DNA of 64,000 bases from Macrostomum lignano (lineage: Eukaryota): positions 179,228-243,227 of the forward strand of contig NIVC01001071.1 of assembly GCA_002269645.1 (NCBI GenBank), read 5' to 3'. Shown piece by piece: positions 49,305 to 60,775 of the stretch. Both the position numbers and the translations under genes were made by a program. Each line of letters starts with the position of its first letter. The first letter of the stretch is position 1. The notes under the pieces were generated by a model. That model was given only the letters and a program-made list of their open reading frames with translations. It searched no databases and had not been told where the DNA came from.

Positions 49305-50180
49305 CTTCTAGGGTGTGGGGTGTCTTCTAGGGTGTGGGGGTATCTTCTAGGTTGTGGGGGTATCTTCTAGGGTGTGGGGGTATCTTCTAGAGTGTGGGGG
49401 TATCTTCTAGAGTGTGGGGGTATCTTCTAGGGTGTGGGGGTATCTTCTAGAGTGTGGGGGTATCTTCTAGGGTGTGGGGGTATCTTCTAGAGTGTGGGGG
49501 TATCTTCTAGGGTGTGGGGGTATCTTCTAGAGTGTGGGGGTATCTTCTAGAGTGTGGGGGTATCTTCTAGGGTGTGGGGGTATCTTCTAGGGTGGGGGGG
49601 TATCTTCTAGGGTGTGAGGGTATCTTCTAGGGTGTGGGGGTATCTTCTAGGGTGTGGGGGTGTCTTCTAGGGTATGGGGGTGTCTTCTAGGGTGTGGGGG
49701 TATCTTCTAGGGTGTGGGGGTGTCTTCTAGGTTGTGGGGGTATCTTCTAGGGTGTGAGAGTATCTTCTAGGGTATGAGGGTATCTTCTAGTGTATGAGGG
49801 TATCTTCTAGGGTATGAGAGTATCTTCTAGGGTATGAGGGTATCTTCTAGTGTATGAGGGTATCTTCTAGGGTATGAGAGTATCTTCTAGAGTGTGAGAG
49901 TATCTTCTAGAGTGTGAGAGTATCTTCTAGAGTGTGAGAGTATCTTCTAGGGTATGAGGGTATCTTCTAGGGTATGAGAGTATCTTCTAGAGTGTGAGAG
50001 CATCTTCTAGAGTGTGAGAGTATCTTCTAGAGTGTGAGAGTATCTTCTAGGGTGTAAGGGTAGCTTCTAGGGTGTGGAGTGTCTTTTAGGGTATGGGGGT
50101 GTCTTTTAGGGTGTGGGGGTGTCTTCTAGGGTGTGGGGGTATCTTCTAGGGTGTGGGGGTGTCTTCTAGGTTGTGGGGTA
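49305..50180. repeat. Minisatellite, 20-bp unit (cttctagggtgtgggggtat)
   Basis: About 43 copies with a central block of gagag variants. Confidence 0.96.
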
Positions 50181-50440
50181 TTTGTTCTAAGGTGTTGAGT
50201 AGTTTCGGGAGCTTAGCGGTAGACACGCCTGACTGTTGCGTCACATTCCACGGTTAGATTTCGTGCGCAGCCGTATTCATTGATCTATTAAACGATGTAC
50301 ATGAATGTATCAAGGACTAGTAGACTAGCCTAGGGTTCCTAGTGGTCATTGTAATGCATACAAGCTATATAACTATTACACAGAGGGCACGACAAGGGTA
50401 ATTACGGGGCTGAACAACAGTTGACAAAAGAAAAATCGTC

Positions 50441-50624
50441 TGCCAGCCGATCGCGACGCCGAACAGCGAGTTCCTGGAGCGAGCGGAGTTCCTGAGGCTG
50501 GGCAACATCAGTCCTGTCTACTGCTACACTGACGCCTCGGTGAGCTCGGAGCTTCACTGCCTGTGGCTCTGCGTGCAGCGCTGGGAGTGCCGGGCCGTCC
50601 TGTTCAACCGGGCCAGCGGCGCCT
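50441..50624 (+). pseudogene. Fragment of CTL-PAN gene (linker + PAN part), inverted relative to the intact copy
   Basis: Translates CQPIATPNSEFLERAEFLRLGNISPVYCYTDASVSSELHCLWLCVQRWECRAVLFNRASGA, nearly identical to the product of 52304-53008. Confidence 0.8.
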
Positions 50625-50644
50625 TCAAAAGTCACTGATCTGCT

Positions 50645-51362
50645 CAAGCAATAATCAGCCAGCAGGGGCGTCGCCAACGGAGGGGACAGGGGGAACATGT
50701 CCCCCTCCCAGTAAAGTATGCGGGGACATGCGGTACTAAAATGAGTGCCTGCGGCGCTAAAATGAGTGCCTGCGGCGCTAAAATGAGTGCCTGTGGGTGC
50801 TAAAATGAGTGCCTGTGGGTGCTAAAATGAGTGCCTGTGGGTGCTAAAATGAGTGCCTGTGGGTGCTAAAATGAGTGCCTTTGGCGCTAAAATGAGTGCC
50901 TGCGGCGCTAAAATGAGTGCCTGCGGCGCTAAAATGAGTGCCTGCTGTGCTAAAATGAGTGTCTGCTGTGCTAAAATGAGTGCCTGCGGTGCTAAAATGA
51001 GTGCCTGCGGCGCTAAAATGAGTGCCTGCGGCGCTAAAATGAGTGCCTGCGGCGCTAAAATGAGTGCCTGCGGTGCTAAAATGAGTGCCTGCGGTGCTAA
51101 AATGAGTGCCTGCGGCGCTAAAATGAGTGCCTGCGGCGCTAAAATGAGTGCCTGCGGTGCTAAAATGAGTGCCTTTGGCGCTAAAGTGATCGCTGAAAAC
51201 ACAGATTTTGAAGACAATGTACGAGTACATGTGGAATTCTTGGCTTTGTCCGCCCCCCAACCATAAAATCCATGGCGACGACACTGCAAGCCAGTGATTG
51301 ACAGCTCGAATGACAGTCCGATCCATCAGCAGCTCTCCGCCGATGTCCAGGCACACACAGTG
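50645..51362 (-). pseudogene. Fragment of a CTL-PAN paralog (N-terminal CTLD part) split by a MITE
   Basis: CLDIGGELLMDRTVIRAVNHW at 51290-51355. The homology aataatca..ccag|tgattgacagctc continues on both sides of the insertion. Confidence 0.65.
50663..51286. mobile_element. Non-autonomous TIR element (hAT-like MITE) carrying a 21-bp tandem array (ctaaaatgagtgcctgcggcg, 50735-51186)
   Basis: TIRs caggggcgtcgcca / tggcgacgacactg (12/14 match); approximate 8-bp TSD tcagccag / caagccag. Confidence 0.6.
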
Positions 51363-51684
51363 TATCCGGTTAGCTGTTGGGGCCTGAGATGCATTCATTT
51401 TGCCACTGCTGGCAATTCTCTGTCACAACGCTCTTCTATTTGCTAAAAAAGGGGTTGCTCCTACAATAAAAGCCCGTGGAAGGCTGGTAGCAGATCCGGA
51501 AATGCGCATTTATCAGACTTGATGGATATAAGCATGAAGCGAGTTCTGTTGAACAAAGGCAAACAGCAAGCAAGACAAACTTCACGGGATTTGCTAATTT
51601 TTTCCTGTGTCAATACATTTAGAATAAACAGCTACCGTTGTCATGACTGCATGTAGCGATAAATTTTCAATATTTGATTAAATA

Positions 51685-51954
51685 TGCTCAGCAACATCGA
51701 AAAGTCGCCATCACAGAAGATTCCGTCTGTGGTCGCCACTTTTGAGAGTGCAGGTACGAGCGTAAAGTCTCTTAATCTAAGCGAGTGACTCAACTCTGCA
51801 GCTACGCCACAGCAGACTTGAGTTTTTGCGAGGGTTGGACGGATTAAAGCTACCCCGATTCAGTTTTCTCGTATCTTTTACTTCAGAATAGTCCAAGAGA
51901 AATTTCTCACAGAGAAAGTCGCATAGAGTGGCGACTTTTCAATTTTGCTGAGTA
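51685..51954. mobile_element. MITE, Tc1/mariner-type
   Basis: 26-bp imperfect TIRs (tgctcagcaacatcgaaaagtcgcca / tggcgacttttcaattttgctgagta) flanked by TA on both sides. Confidence 0.65.
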
Positions 51955-52303
51955 TAAATAATAAAAAACATTTTTGGACGAATTGAGACACCAATCGAAC
52001 ACTTCTGTTGTGTTCACACGCAATCCGCTCCTACTTACAAAAGCGTCTCAAATTTCTGTTGTGCCAAATAATATCAAAGAGAAAAGATCAAATCCGGTGT
52101 TGCAATGCCTTCAATTTTCTGTATTTAAATATTAAATTGGGTCAGAGCCTTGATAAACAAAAGCCAAGATTACATTCTCAAGCAAGAATGAAGGACTGCA
52201 TCAGGCTTTAAGAATAAAAGGCTTTATAGCTGAACTGAATTAGGGTGGCTAGGGATAAATTCATTCTGTAATTTTTACTCCCACTAAACTCCAGCTTCTT
52301 TCT

Positions 52304-53008
52304 TCAGTACTTCTTGACGAACTTGGCCCAGCTCGGGTCGGTCTCGATTGCGTCGCCGACGCTCGAGTCAGCGAAGTCCAGCATGCGGCAGGCGCCGCTG
52401 GCCCGGTTGAACAGGACGGCCCGGCACTCCCAGCGCTGCACGCAGAGCCACAGGCAGCGAAACTCCGAGCTCACCGAGGCGTCAGTGTAGCAGTAGACAG
52501 GACTGATGTTGCCCAGCCTCAGGAACTCCACTCGCTCCAGGTACTCGCTGTTCGGCGTCGCGATCGGCTGGCAGACGAATGTGTTGTCCCAATTCGGTCG
52601 TCTGTCCCGCAAGCCAGCTTTGCTGACCCCTACAAAGTCATCATCTTCAAATTCGTTGTTCGGCAAGCCGGACAGCCAGTCGCTGTCATCCAGTTCAGGA
52701 AACAGCGAGCCGTTGGCGAATCTCCAGCCGCTGCGAGACCTGCCCGCCTCAACCAGGAGGTCCGTCACTCCGATGAAATAATAATCAATCCAGTGATTGA
52801 CAGCTCGGATGGCAGTCAGGTCCATCAGCAGCTCTCCGCCGATGCCCAGGCACAGTCTGGCTGCGTCGCACCAGCTGGAAACGCTGGTGTTGTTGCCGAT
52901 GTAGACGCAGCTGCCCAGCCTGTCGATGAACGGAGCGATGCAGTGACCGGAGGCGGTGGCAATCAGCACTGCGATCAGAGCCGGCTGAATCATTTCTGCA
53001 GCTACCAT
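52304..53008 (-). CDS. Secreted C-type lectin + PAN/Apple domain protein (intronless)
   Basis: Signal peptide (MIQPALIAVLIATASG). CTLD: CVY..SWCDAARLC...GGEL...FIGVTD...WRFANG...WLSGLPNN...FVCQ. PAN: CLWLCVQRWECRAVLFN...C.ML. Confidence 0.85.
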   Translation of the reverse strand: MVAAEMIQPALIAVLIATASGHCIAPFIDRLGSCVYIGNNTSVSSWCDAARLCLGIGGELLMDLTAIRAVNHWIDYYFIGVTDLLVEAGRSRSGWRFANGSLFPELDDSDWLSGLPNNEFEDDDFVGVSKAGLRDRRPNWDNTFVCQPIATPNSEYLERVEFLRLGNISPVYCYTDASVSSEFRCLWLCVQRWECRAVLFNRASGACRMLDFADSSVGDAIETDPSWAKFVKKY

Positions 53009-54287
53009 TGACTCAGCCTGGCTTGGCTCTTCGGCTTTATGCAGCTCAAGGGTGTCTGAGAAGCCTAATTACAGTCGTCTAGATGTCTTAATGCATTTTG
53101 ATCCGATCAGCCAGTTAGGCTGCTGCTAATGCGAGCAGCTGTCTTTATTGGCCATGAACCCTTTTGGTTATCAAAAAACAGGTGAATATTACGGGAAAAC
53201 TCAGCAAAGAGGCCTCAATGCCTACTCTAACCCATGTTTAAAATTATCAAATAGTCAACTGTACAAGTACCCATCTTCTGCTATTATCCATAGCTACTTA
53301 GCTCCTGTGTTTTCTGTAGCCATGGAGACTGTAGATGACAATTCCGTATAGCATCCTATAGGATTTAGCGATCAGGGTAATTTTCTTTTAGGTTAGGGTT
53401 GGCAATCAATTCATGGCAGTAGTGCTGATGATGATACAATGTAAGACTAGATGATAAAATATTTTAAAAAGCGGGACTAATAAAATGACTTGATTATTTT
53501 GATCATATTTATATTATCCAGGAATACTAATTAAAGTAGAGCAATAGAAGTTTTGATCTCGGTCCAATAAAGAACACAAAGGAACTAAGCTGGCGACAGC
53601 AATGTTGCTTGCCTAGAAAGTGTCATCGGTTTATGACTCATCGGTCTATATCGTTCGGAAACAAAGCCTCGTTTACTCGTAACACTTGCAGCGGATATTT
53701 TTCGTCTGATTGAGTCAGCCAGAGAATTAGGATTATCCTTGAAGATTCTTTCAGCCTGCTCAGTTGAGATCGGCAGAGAAAGAAAAACTAAGAGTAGAAA
53801 ACGAATTGCCCCTATCCAGTGCCGTAGTTTTGAATAGTCTCATTGTCAACTCCACACTTTATGTTTTATAGGGTGGAAAAGTTTGTTCTGAGGATGTAAT
53901 CGATGCTTCAACTAAGTCCTTTAATGCAGATTGATTTTGAAAATTTACTCAGAGTTGTAGTTGTTCTACTAGTACAAGGGGTATAGATATGAAAGAGTAC
54001 AAATTTTGAGCCAGTCCGATGGTAAGCTCGTTCAACACTCCCGACGTCCGCTAACACATCCGTGACGTAATCAACATAGATGGAAGATCATGTAGCTTTT
54101 TAAAAATTGCATTCGAACCAAAAGTTGAGTTGCTCTGGGGATGCTAGACAAACAAACGAAATAATAGTATGGCCAGTATTTTACAGTGCGGATGGTAAGA
54201 GCTAGCGAATAGTCAGTAAAAAGTTGTCTACAGTAATCTCAGCTACTCGGCGTACTTTTCTGGTGGCGACTGCTCAACCTCGGTCAG

Positions 54288-54443
54288 CTAAATCAGCTGT
54301 ATGATGGCATCGGACAGCCAGTAGACCCCTGGACTAGCTTTATTCAACCGGATTTCCACGCGGTTGTCACCCTGTTTATAATAGATTGAGTCAATGCGGA
54401 ACTCCTGCCAGCCGAAGTCGTCTCTCGGCGTCAGAGCGTAGGC
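54288..54443 (-). CDS. Putative terminal coding exon of an unidentified gene
   Basis: Acceptor cctacattttgcag|GCC, then 51 open codons (AYALTPRDDFGWQEFRIDSIYYKQGDNRVEIRLNKASPGVYWLSDAIIQLI*) with beta-rich, protein-like composition; upstream exons not identified. Confidence 0.45.
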   Translation of the reverse strand, partial: AYALTPRDDFGWQEFRIDSIYYKQGDNRVEIRLNKASPGVYWLSDAIIQLI

Positions 54444-55296
54444 CTGCAAAATGTAGGCGATTAATTGCCTGGTGCAGCTGTAGTTGATCCAACTGCAACT
54501 GTCAGATAAGAGTTAGGGATCTGAGGGCACAACAGTAAAAATCATGCAGGTACATGTAGACTATACAATAGGTATTGTAAGCACTGGAAAAGTCTAGACC
54601 GGGGCTATCCAGCCAGACCGGCTGATGCATTGTTCTGCATTTTGCCAACTAACCTGCTTGCTTGCTTGACTATAAAATAAACTGTCTTGAATAATTTGCG
54701 GTACAAAGAATTCTGAGATGTGAGCCTCACACGATCGAAATAGGGCCTTTGGAGGCCAGTGTGTTAGAAAATCTTTCTGGCATGTGAGCAGAAGCCACTG
54801 ACAATAGAAAAAAATTTCATAGGCAGCTATCATTAGATTCCTCTTTCAATAGATTCTATAAAAACCCTGCTGTTGCTGAAACTACAAACAGGTAGTCGAA
54901 CGCTTTCTACGTCGATGTCCGTGGATCCAATTATGCTCCTCTACCACCTTGCTTGAACTGCTTGAATTGCTTGAATTCCTTAAAGCTGGAGTGTCTACAT
55001 ATAAATTTTATTTGAGTCGAGCTGAAAGAATTAACGAATGTTTTTCGAATCTTCCCGAACTTAATCTTTTTATTTTTGTTTAGTTCAGTGATGGACAGAT
55101 GACTTGCAGTTTTTAACTGCAGGTAAAAACTAGCAATCTTTTGCCTGGACATTGCGGTCAATTTTTCTTGAAAACTTAAAAACGTTACAGAGATTTAATT
55201 TTTTGTAGATGGGCACGATTGCTCAAGTCTTTTTAGGGTTCAGATTAATTTTAGCTTGTAAAAATAGTTTTCAAGGGTTTGCTCGGCGCCCCTAGG

Positions 55297-55862
55297 TGGT
55301 AAAGTTTCTAGGTGGTAAAGCCTCTGTGTGGTAAAGCCTCTGGGTGGTAAAGCCTCTGGTTGGTAAAGTCTCTGGGTGGTAAAGCCTCTGGTTGGTAAAG
55401 TCTCTGGGTGGTAAAGCCTCTGGGTGGTAAAGCCTCTGGGTGGTAAAGCCTCTGGGTGGTAAAGCCTCTGGTTGGTAAAGTCTCTGGGTGGTAAAGCCTC
55501 TGGTTGGTAAAGTCTCTGGGTGGTAAAGCCTCTGGGTGGTAAAGCCTCTGGGTGGTAAAGCCTCTGGGTGGTAAAGCCTCTGGTGGTAAAGCCTCTGGGT
55601 GGTAAAGCACCTGGTGCTAAAGCCTCTGGGTGGTAAAGCCTCTGGTTGGTAAAGCACCTGGTGCTAAAGCCTCTGGGTTGGTAAAGCACCTGGTGCTAAA
55701 GCCTCTGGGTTGGTAAAGCACCTGGTGCTAAAGCCTCTGGGGTAGTAAAGCACCTGGTGCTAAAGCCTCTGGGGTGGTAAAGCACCTGGTGCTAAAGCCT
55801 CTGGGGTGGTAAAGCACCTGGTGCTAAAGCCTTTGGGGTGGTAAAGCACCTGGTGCTAAAGC
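55297..55862. repeat. Minisatellite, 16-bp unit (ggtaaagcctctgggt) grading into a ~32-bp composite unit
   Basis: Directly visible. Confidence 0.95.
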
Positions 55863-56851
55863 CCCTGTTGCACGCACAGATGAAATGGCTCTTCCCAATA
55901 AATTAGGCCACGCCCTTCTTCAGTGAAAGATCCAATAATTCGCCCTTGAGAAAACATATTAATATAAAAACTTTACGAAATATATTTGAATTAGAAATGC
56001 GACCGAGCTTACCAAAAGTACAACTCGAGTATTTGTCTAAAATATTCTCGACAAGATAATTCCACACTCTACCGCGAGGCTTACATGTAGCTTGGTTAGA
56101 GTTTTGTTTGCTTTGTATTTGCAGCCCAGTCTTGCGACAACAATTTGACGTTGTAAATTTATATACCGGGCCTCGTACACGCAAATGTACAGTCATGCCA
56201 AATGACTCAATTGCGCTCGTACAGAGCTGTTTCAATTAAGCGTACGACCGCTAAGGCGTAAAAGAGGAAGTGACTCTATAATGTTTTTAAGACATTGTGT
56301 TCAACAAATTTTTTAGCTAATCCAGAGTTAGACAGGCTCTAAAGTCATCTGTGTTAACCGATTCTTTGGAGCAGCCAGTCCCAGAACAGTACAGCAGCAC
56401 GTTATTCTGTATAACGGATGTGTATACTCACCAACAGCTAACCCTTCCCCCAAACTCACTGTCAACACGGCCCAAAAATTATGTGCATGCCATGCAAATG
56501 AGGTAACGCAGCTCGCTCGCATTCACACATTGAACTGGCCGTCGAAGTCTCCAGTCACGAACCTGATCGAGGATGTCTGGAACTCGTCAAGGGAATAGTT
56601 CATCAGGGTGATTCTGAATGCCTGGCAGCAGCTGTCCCAAGAGTTCATCAACCGCCTGGAGATCAGGATGCCTCGACGAAAGATGGCACTTTTACATGCT
56701 CGTAGTTCCTACACAAGATGCTGAAACTATAGCATTAAAGACATTGCTTAACTTATTGTGCCAGTCAGGCTCGAGCTTGTGAGACCTAATCATATTTTCA
56801 TTTCTGGGTCTATGGGATGCTGCACAACATGTAGGGATCAAAGTCCGTACC

Positions 56852-56990
56852 GGCCATCCTGTTCAACCGGGCCAGCGGCGCCTGCCGCATGCTGGACTTT
56901 GCTGACTCGAGCGTCGGCGACGCCATCGAGACGGACCCGAGCTGCTGGGCCAAGTTCGTCAAGAAGTGCTGACAGAAAATTACGGAATGA
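56852..56990 (+). pseudogene. 3'-end fragment of CTL-PAN gene incl. stop and some 3' flank, inverted relative to the intact copy
   Basis: AILFNRASGACRMLDFADSSVGDAIETDPSCWAKFVKKC*; aaaattacggaatga matches the intact gene's 3' flank. Confidence 0.8.
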
Positions 56991-57749
56991 AAACTTAAGA
57001 AGCTGAAAACAAGTTTGCGTAGTTTTTGTCACGTAGTGGCTTGCAAATCTCGAGCTACGAGATAGCTCGTAACACAACGATCTTATCTATTCTGGAATTT
57101 CCACCCTCTGTGAGTAGTTAATACGATGAATACTCGAACAAAACTCCCTCTATATGCTTACTCAAGTCTTCTTCTCGGATACTTCCGACTGTGTACTCAT
57201 TCATTTAATACTAATATGCCTGTTCCATAGACACAGTCGCATGGGGTACGGCGGCGTATATCTCATCATCAGGAATGGATTCACTCTGTACCTCTGGGGA
57301 CTGGCCTTCATAGTGTTGAATTGCATTGCATGTCAGTGCATGACCCAGGTGCCTAACTGCGCAACTCCTGCTACCACAATATTTACTCGCGATTTTGTTC
57401 CAATGAGAATATTTGAGATGCTGAAGGATCAGGTTTGAGATCTTCATCAGATACACCAGGGCTGTTTGCATTGTGTTTGCTGGTTCCACTAGCAAATAGT
57501 GCTAATCATGGCGACTGTAGGTGAGGGACTTCCTTTTCCTTCATCTGCTGCGGTCTTTCCTAATTTATTCAACTGCGTTAACATAACGTAGTAGCCATTT
57601 ACAAGCTAAGTAGCCCCCCCCCAATGGAAGAATATATTTTGACCTGGGGAAGCTGATTGACAGTGACATCCGGGACAATTAAGTCCAGAGCGAACCTGCA
57701 TCGAGATTTGCGCCTCTGCTACGAGTACTACTCACAGAAGACAACAGCT

Positions 57750-59495
57750 ATAGCAAAGTATGTGTGACGAATTCACAAATAGGATAACGGAAGCAGCAAA
57801 TAAATTTCTGGGGAAGCGCCGAAAAATCAGAAAGCAGTGGATCACCAAAGAGGTCCTCGATTGCTGCGACAGGCGATGTGAGATACAAAGCAGAAGGCAT
57901 GAGGGAGAGAAACAGATGGACGAGTACAGAAAAGAAAAACAAGGAAGTGCGAAGGTTACTAAGAAAAGCTAAAAAAGAATGGGCAGAGGAACAAGCCAAG
58001 CTGGTGGAAAGCAACTTTGAGAGGAACAACACGAGGGAGGCCTAGAAATAATCAAGAACCTGACGGAAAGACGCAAAAAACAAATGAATGCTGCAGAAGA
58101 CCAGAAAGGAAAACCCTGGCTGGAAGCCAAGAGGTGCAGGCGCAAAGATGAAAAAATACTGCAGCTAACTGTATATAATCACAAGACAATGTGGACAGAA
58201 GCATGCTGGGGGAGACATTGAGAGAGATGGCGAGGAAGAAAATCCGGATTGCACGTTTCTGAGATCAGAGGTAGAGGCTGCAATAAAAAGTCTGAAGAAA
58301 AGCAAGAGTGTAGGAGCGGACAACATCAACGCAGAATTGATACAAAATGAAGGTGACTTTACTGCACAGGCTCTGCAATAAAATCCTCAATAGCGAAGAA
58401 TGGCCATGGACCGAATCCATCCTCATGGACAATCAGCCATGCGTCAAAAGTCCTGCTAAAAATGATCCTAAAAGGAATAACACCAAGAGCAGAGCAGGTG
58501 TTCAGCGAGATGCAGGCAGGTTTCAGAAAGGACTGGAGCACTACAGAGCCAACTACAACCAACTATAATTGCGACTATTGTGTGAAAAGGCTAGAATTCA
58601 CCAAAAGATCATGTCACAATTTCATAGACTTAGAAGCGCTTTGGCACACAACGAAAAAATTCAACATTGGATCTCTCTCAAGAGTAATTAAGCGACTGTA
58701 CGAAGAAGCTAAGACCAAGGTTATGGCAGGCGACCAGTGCAGTGACTGGTTTAGGGTAGCGGTGGGAGTGAGACAAGGATGTATCCTTTTACCCATTCTC
58801 TTCAATTGTTTCCTGGAACGGATAATGACAGAAATCCTAGAGGAACTGGATGAGGCGATCGGAACCAGTTGCGGAGGAATCACCATCAGCAACTTGATTG
58901 GAAAAAAAATTGATGAGGAAGAATTGCAAGAACTGACAAACGAAGCTGGACAGAATCTCTAGAAAGTTTGGCATCGAAGTCGGCAAAGAAAATTGAGCTG
59001 GAACAGGTGAATCAGTTTAAATACCTGGGGGCAACCATCATGGATAATGGGACATCGGAGGAAGAGATCAGAATCAGAAACTGCGTCGCAACCAGCTCAA
59101 TAGTAAGGCTTGATGATCTTTGGCAGACTCAAAGGAGTTGGTTTGAAGAATCGCCTCAAGATCGCAAAGGCGGTCACATGTGCGACACTGCTCTATGGGT
59201 GCGACAGCTGGACTCGGGGAAGAAAAGTATATGGAGACACTCAAAGCATTTGAATTACAGAAGAATGCTAAGGATTTCATCGAAAGAGAAAAAGACAAAT
59301 GCCTGGGTTTGGAGAAAAGTTAAGGAAGTATTGGGAAAGGAACCAGAATCTGTGGAGGAGATCATCAAGCGGAGAATGCTCAAATTTTACTGTCATCAGA
59401 CGAGGAAGGAAGGCCATGGCAGAAGAAGAGGAAGACAGAAAAGGCAGTGGGAAGATGACCTGAAAGAACTGATGGATTGGAATGCTTGAGTTGTC
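57750..59495 (+). mobile_element. Decayed non-LTR retrotransposon (RTE-like LINE), RT region with stops and frameshifts
   Basis: KQWITKEVLDC, EMQAGFRKDWSTTE, VGVRQGCILLPILFN, LEQVNQFKYLGATI, RRRGRQKRQWEDDL. The catalytic (Y/F)ADD motif appears deleted after TISNL. Confidence 0.85.
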
Positions 59496-59544
59496 TAGCT
59501 GAGTAATATTGAAACTCATCATGCCGAAAAACGGGCTTCTTATT

Positions 59545-59700
59545 TCTTTTTTACCGTAGCCGTCATGGCCGTGGGCGCGCACCCATTCATGCACCAGCTT
59601 CCTCCACCACTGCCTGTCCTTCGCTGCTCTTCTTAGCCTCTCCATTGTCTATCCATTTCAAACGTTTTGAAAACTCAAACATTCCAATCCATCAGTGTGA
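59545..59700 (-). mobile_element. Inverted 3'-end fragment of a related LINE
   Basis: LMDWN...MERLRRAAKDRQWWRKLV on the minus strand; 16-bp perfect inverted match to 59469-59484. Confidence 0.6.
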
Positions 59701-60640
59701 TCTGAGCCAGAGTAGCCGAAAATATCCGTTTCTTCCATATTTGCTTGGCTTTCGCTCTCTTATTGACGATTTTTTGGATGCATTTTCGTCCATTAATCTG
59801 TCTTATTGTAAATACTGGCTTTTGGTAAGTCTCTGACTTCCACGACATTTCTCCCATTGAACCGCTAGCCGTGGGAGATGGATATAAATTGCAAGGCAGA
59901 AATTTCAACGGAGACATTGACTATAGATCTATGAAATTTTAAAAGCCAATAGTAAAAGCTTTCCGTAACTTTTCGCCAGGGTAGCTAGCTAAGAAACTAG
60001 AATTCACTGTTTACCGACTTCTGTAGAAGGCAGATAGGAATTGAGCTTGAGAACTTTCACAACTAAAATTTTTAGAGTTAAAAGCCATTTATGATCTGCC
60101 GGAATGCGAATTTTTGATTAACTGATCGCATCCAGCCTGTTACCGCTCTCACAACTCAAGATAATCTTCGTTTTTCGTTTTTAGCGTTTTTAGCGTTTTT
60201 AGCGTTTTTAGCGTTTTTACGTGCTTAGACTAATTGACATTAATTATAAATTTAACTGAAGCAAGCCAATGGTTGTACGAGAAAAGTGTAAAGTGTTCGC
60301 CAAGCGTTTAAGACTTATGCTACGCTTCTAAGTTCGGGTTTGGCCGTTCTGGGTGGGGTTGGGGGTTCTCAAAAGATGTTCGGGATCGGAATTAGCCCCG
60401 AAAAAATGGCCATCCCTGTTGTGTCTGGTAACTGATGTATTTGTCTTGTTGCAGATTATCTCTTATGGCTGATATTGCTTTTTATTTGTCATGCGATTAC
60501 GAAAGCTTTGGGCCGAAGAAAAACTTAGAGAGAAGACGCGCTCGGGGGGGGAGGCAATACGAGGGTTTTTAAGGTCGTGGTCATAGACATAAGTGAATGG
60601 GGACTACTACAGTTAGCACGTAATAAAAGGGGACGAAACT

Positions 60641-60693
60641 TGCAAAGTACGAGTATGGGCTACAATTATTAAGTGCATTTGCCATGCACTTCA
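60641..60693 (+). repeat. 53-bp direct repeat, left copy (right copy at 63584-63636)
   Basis: tgcaaagtacgagtatgggctacaattattaa(g/t)tgcatttgccatgcacttca; one mismatch. Confidence 0.95.
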
Positions 60694-60775
60694 TGTCCCC
60701 CTCCAAATGGGAACATCGGACAAGCATAACAAAACAGTTTAAATATGTCAGTAAACAGTAAACGCACGCCAACTA

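Noticed and set aside
57154-57495. ORF with a signal-peptide-like segment and possible donor at 57432
   Set aside because: No downstream exon is identifiable before the LINE; insufficient support.
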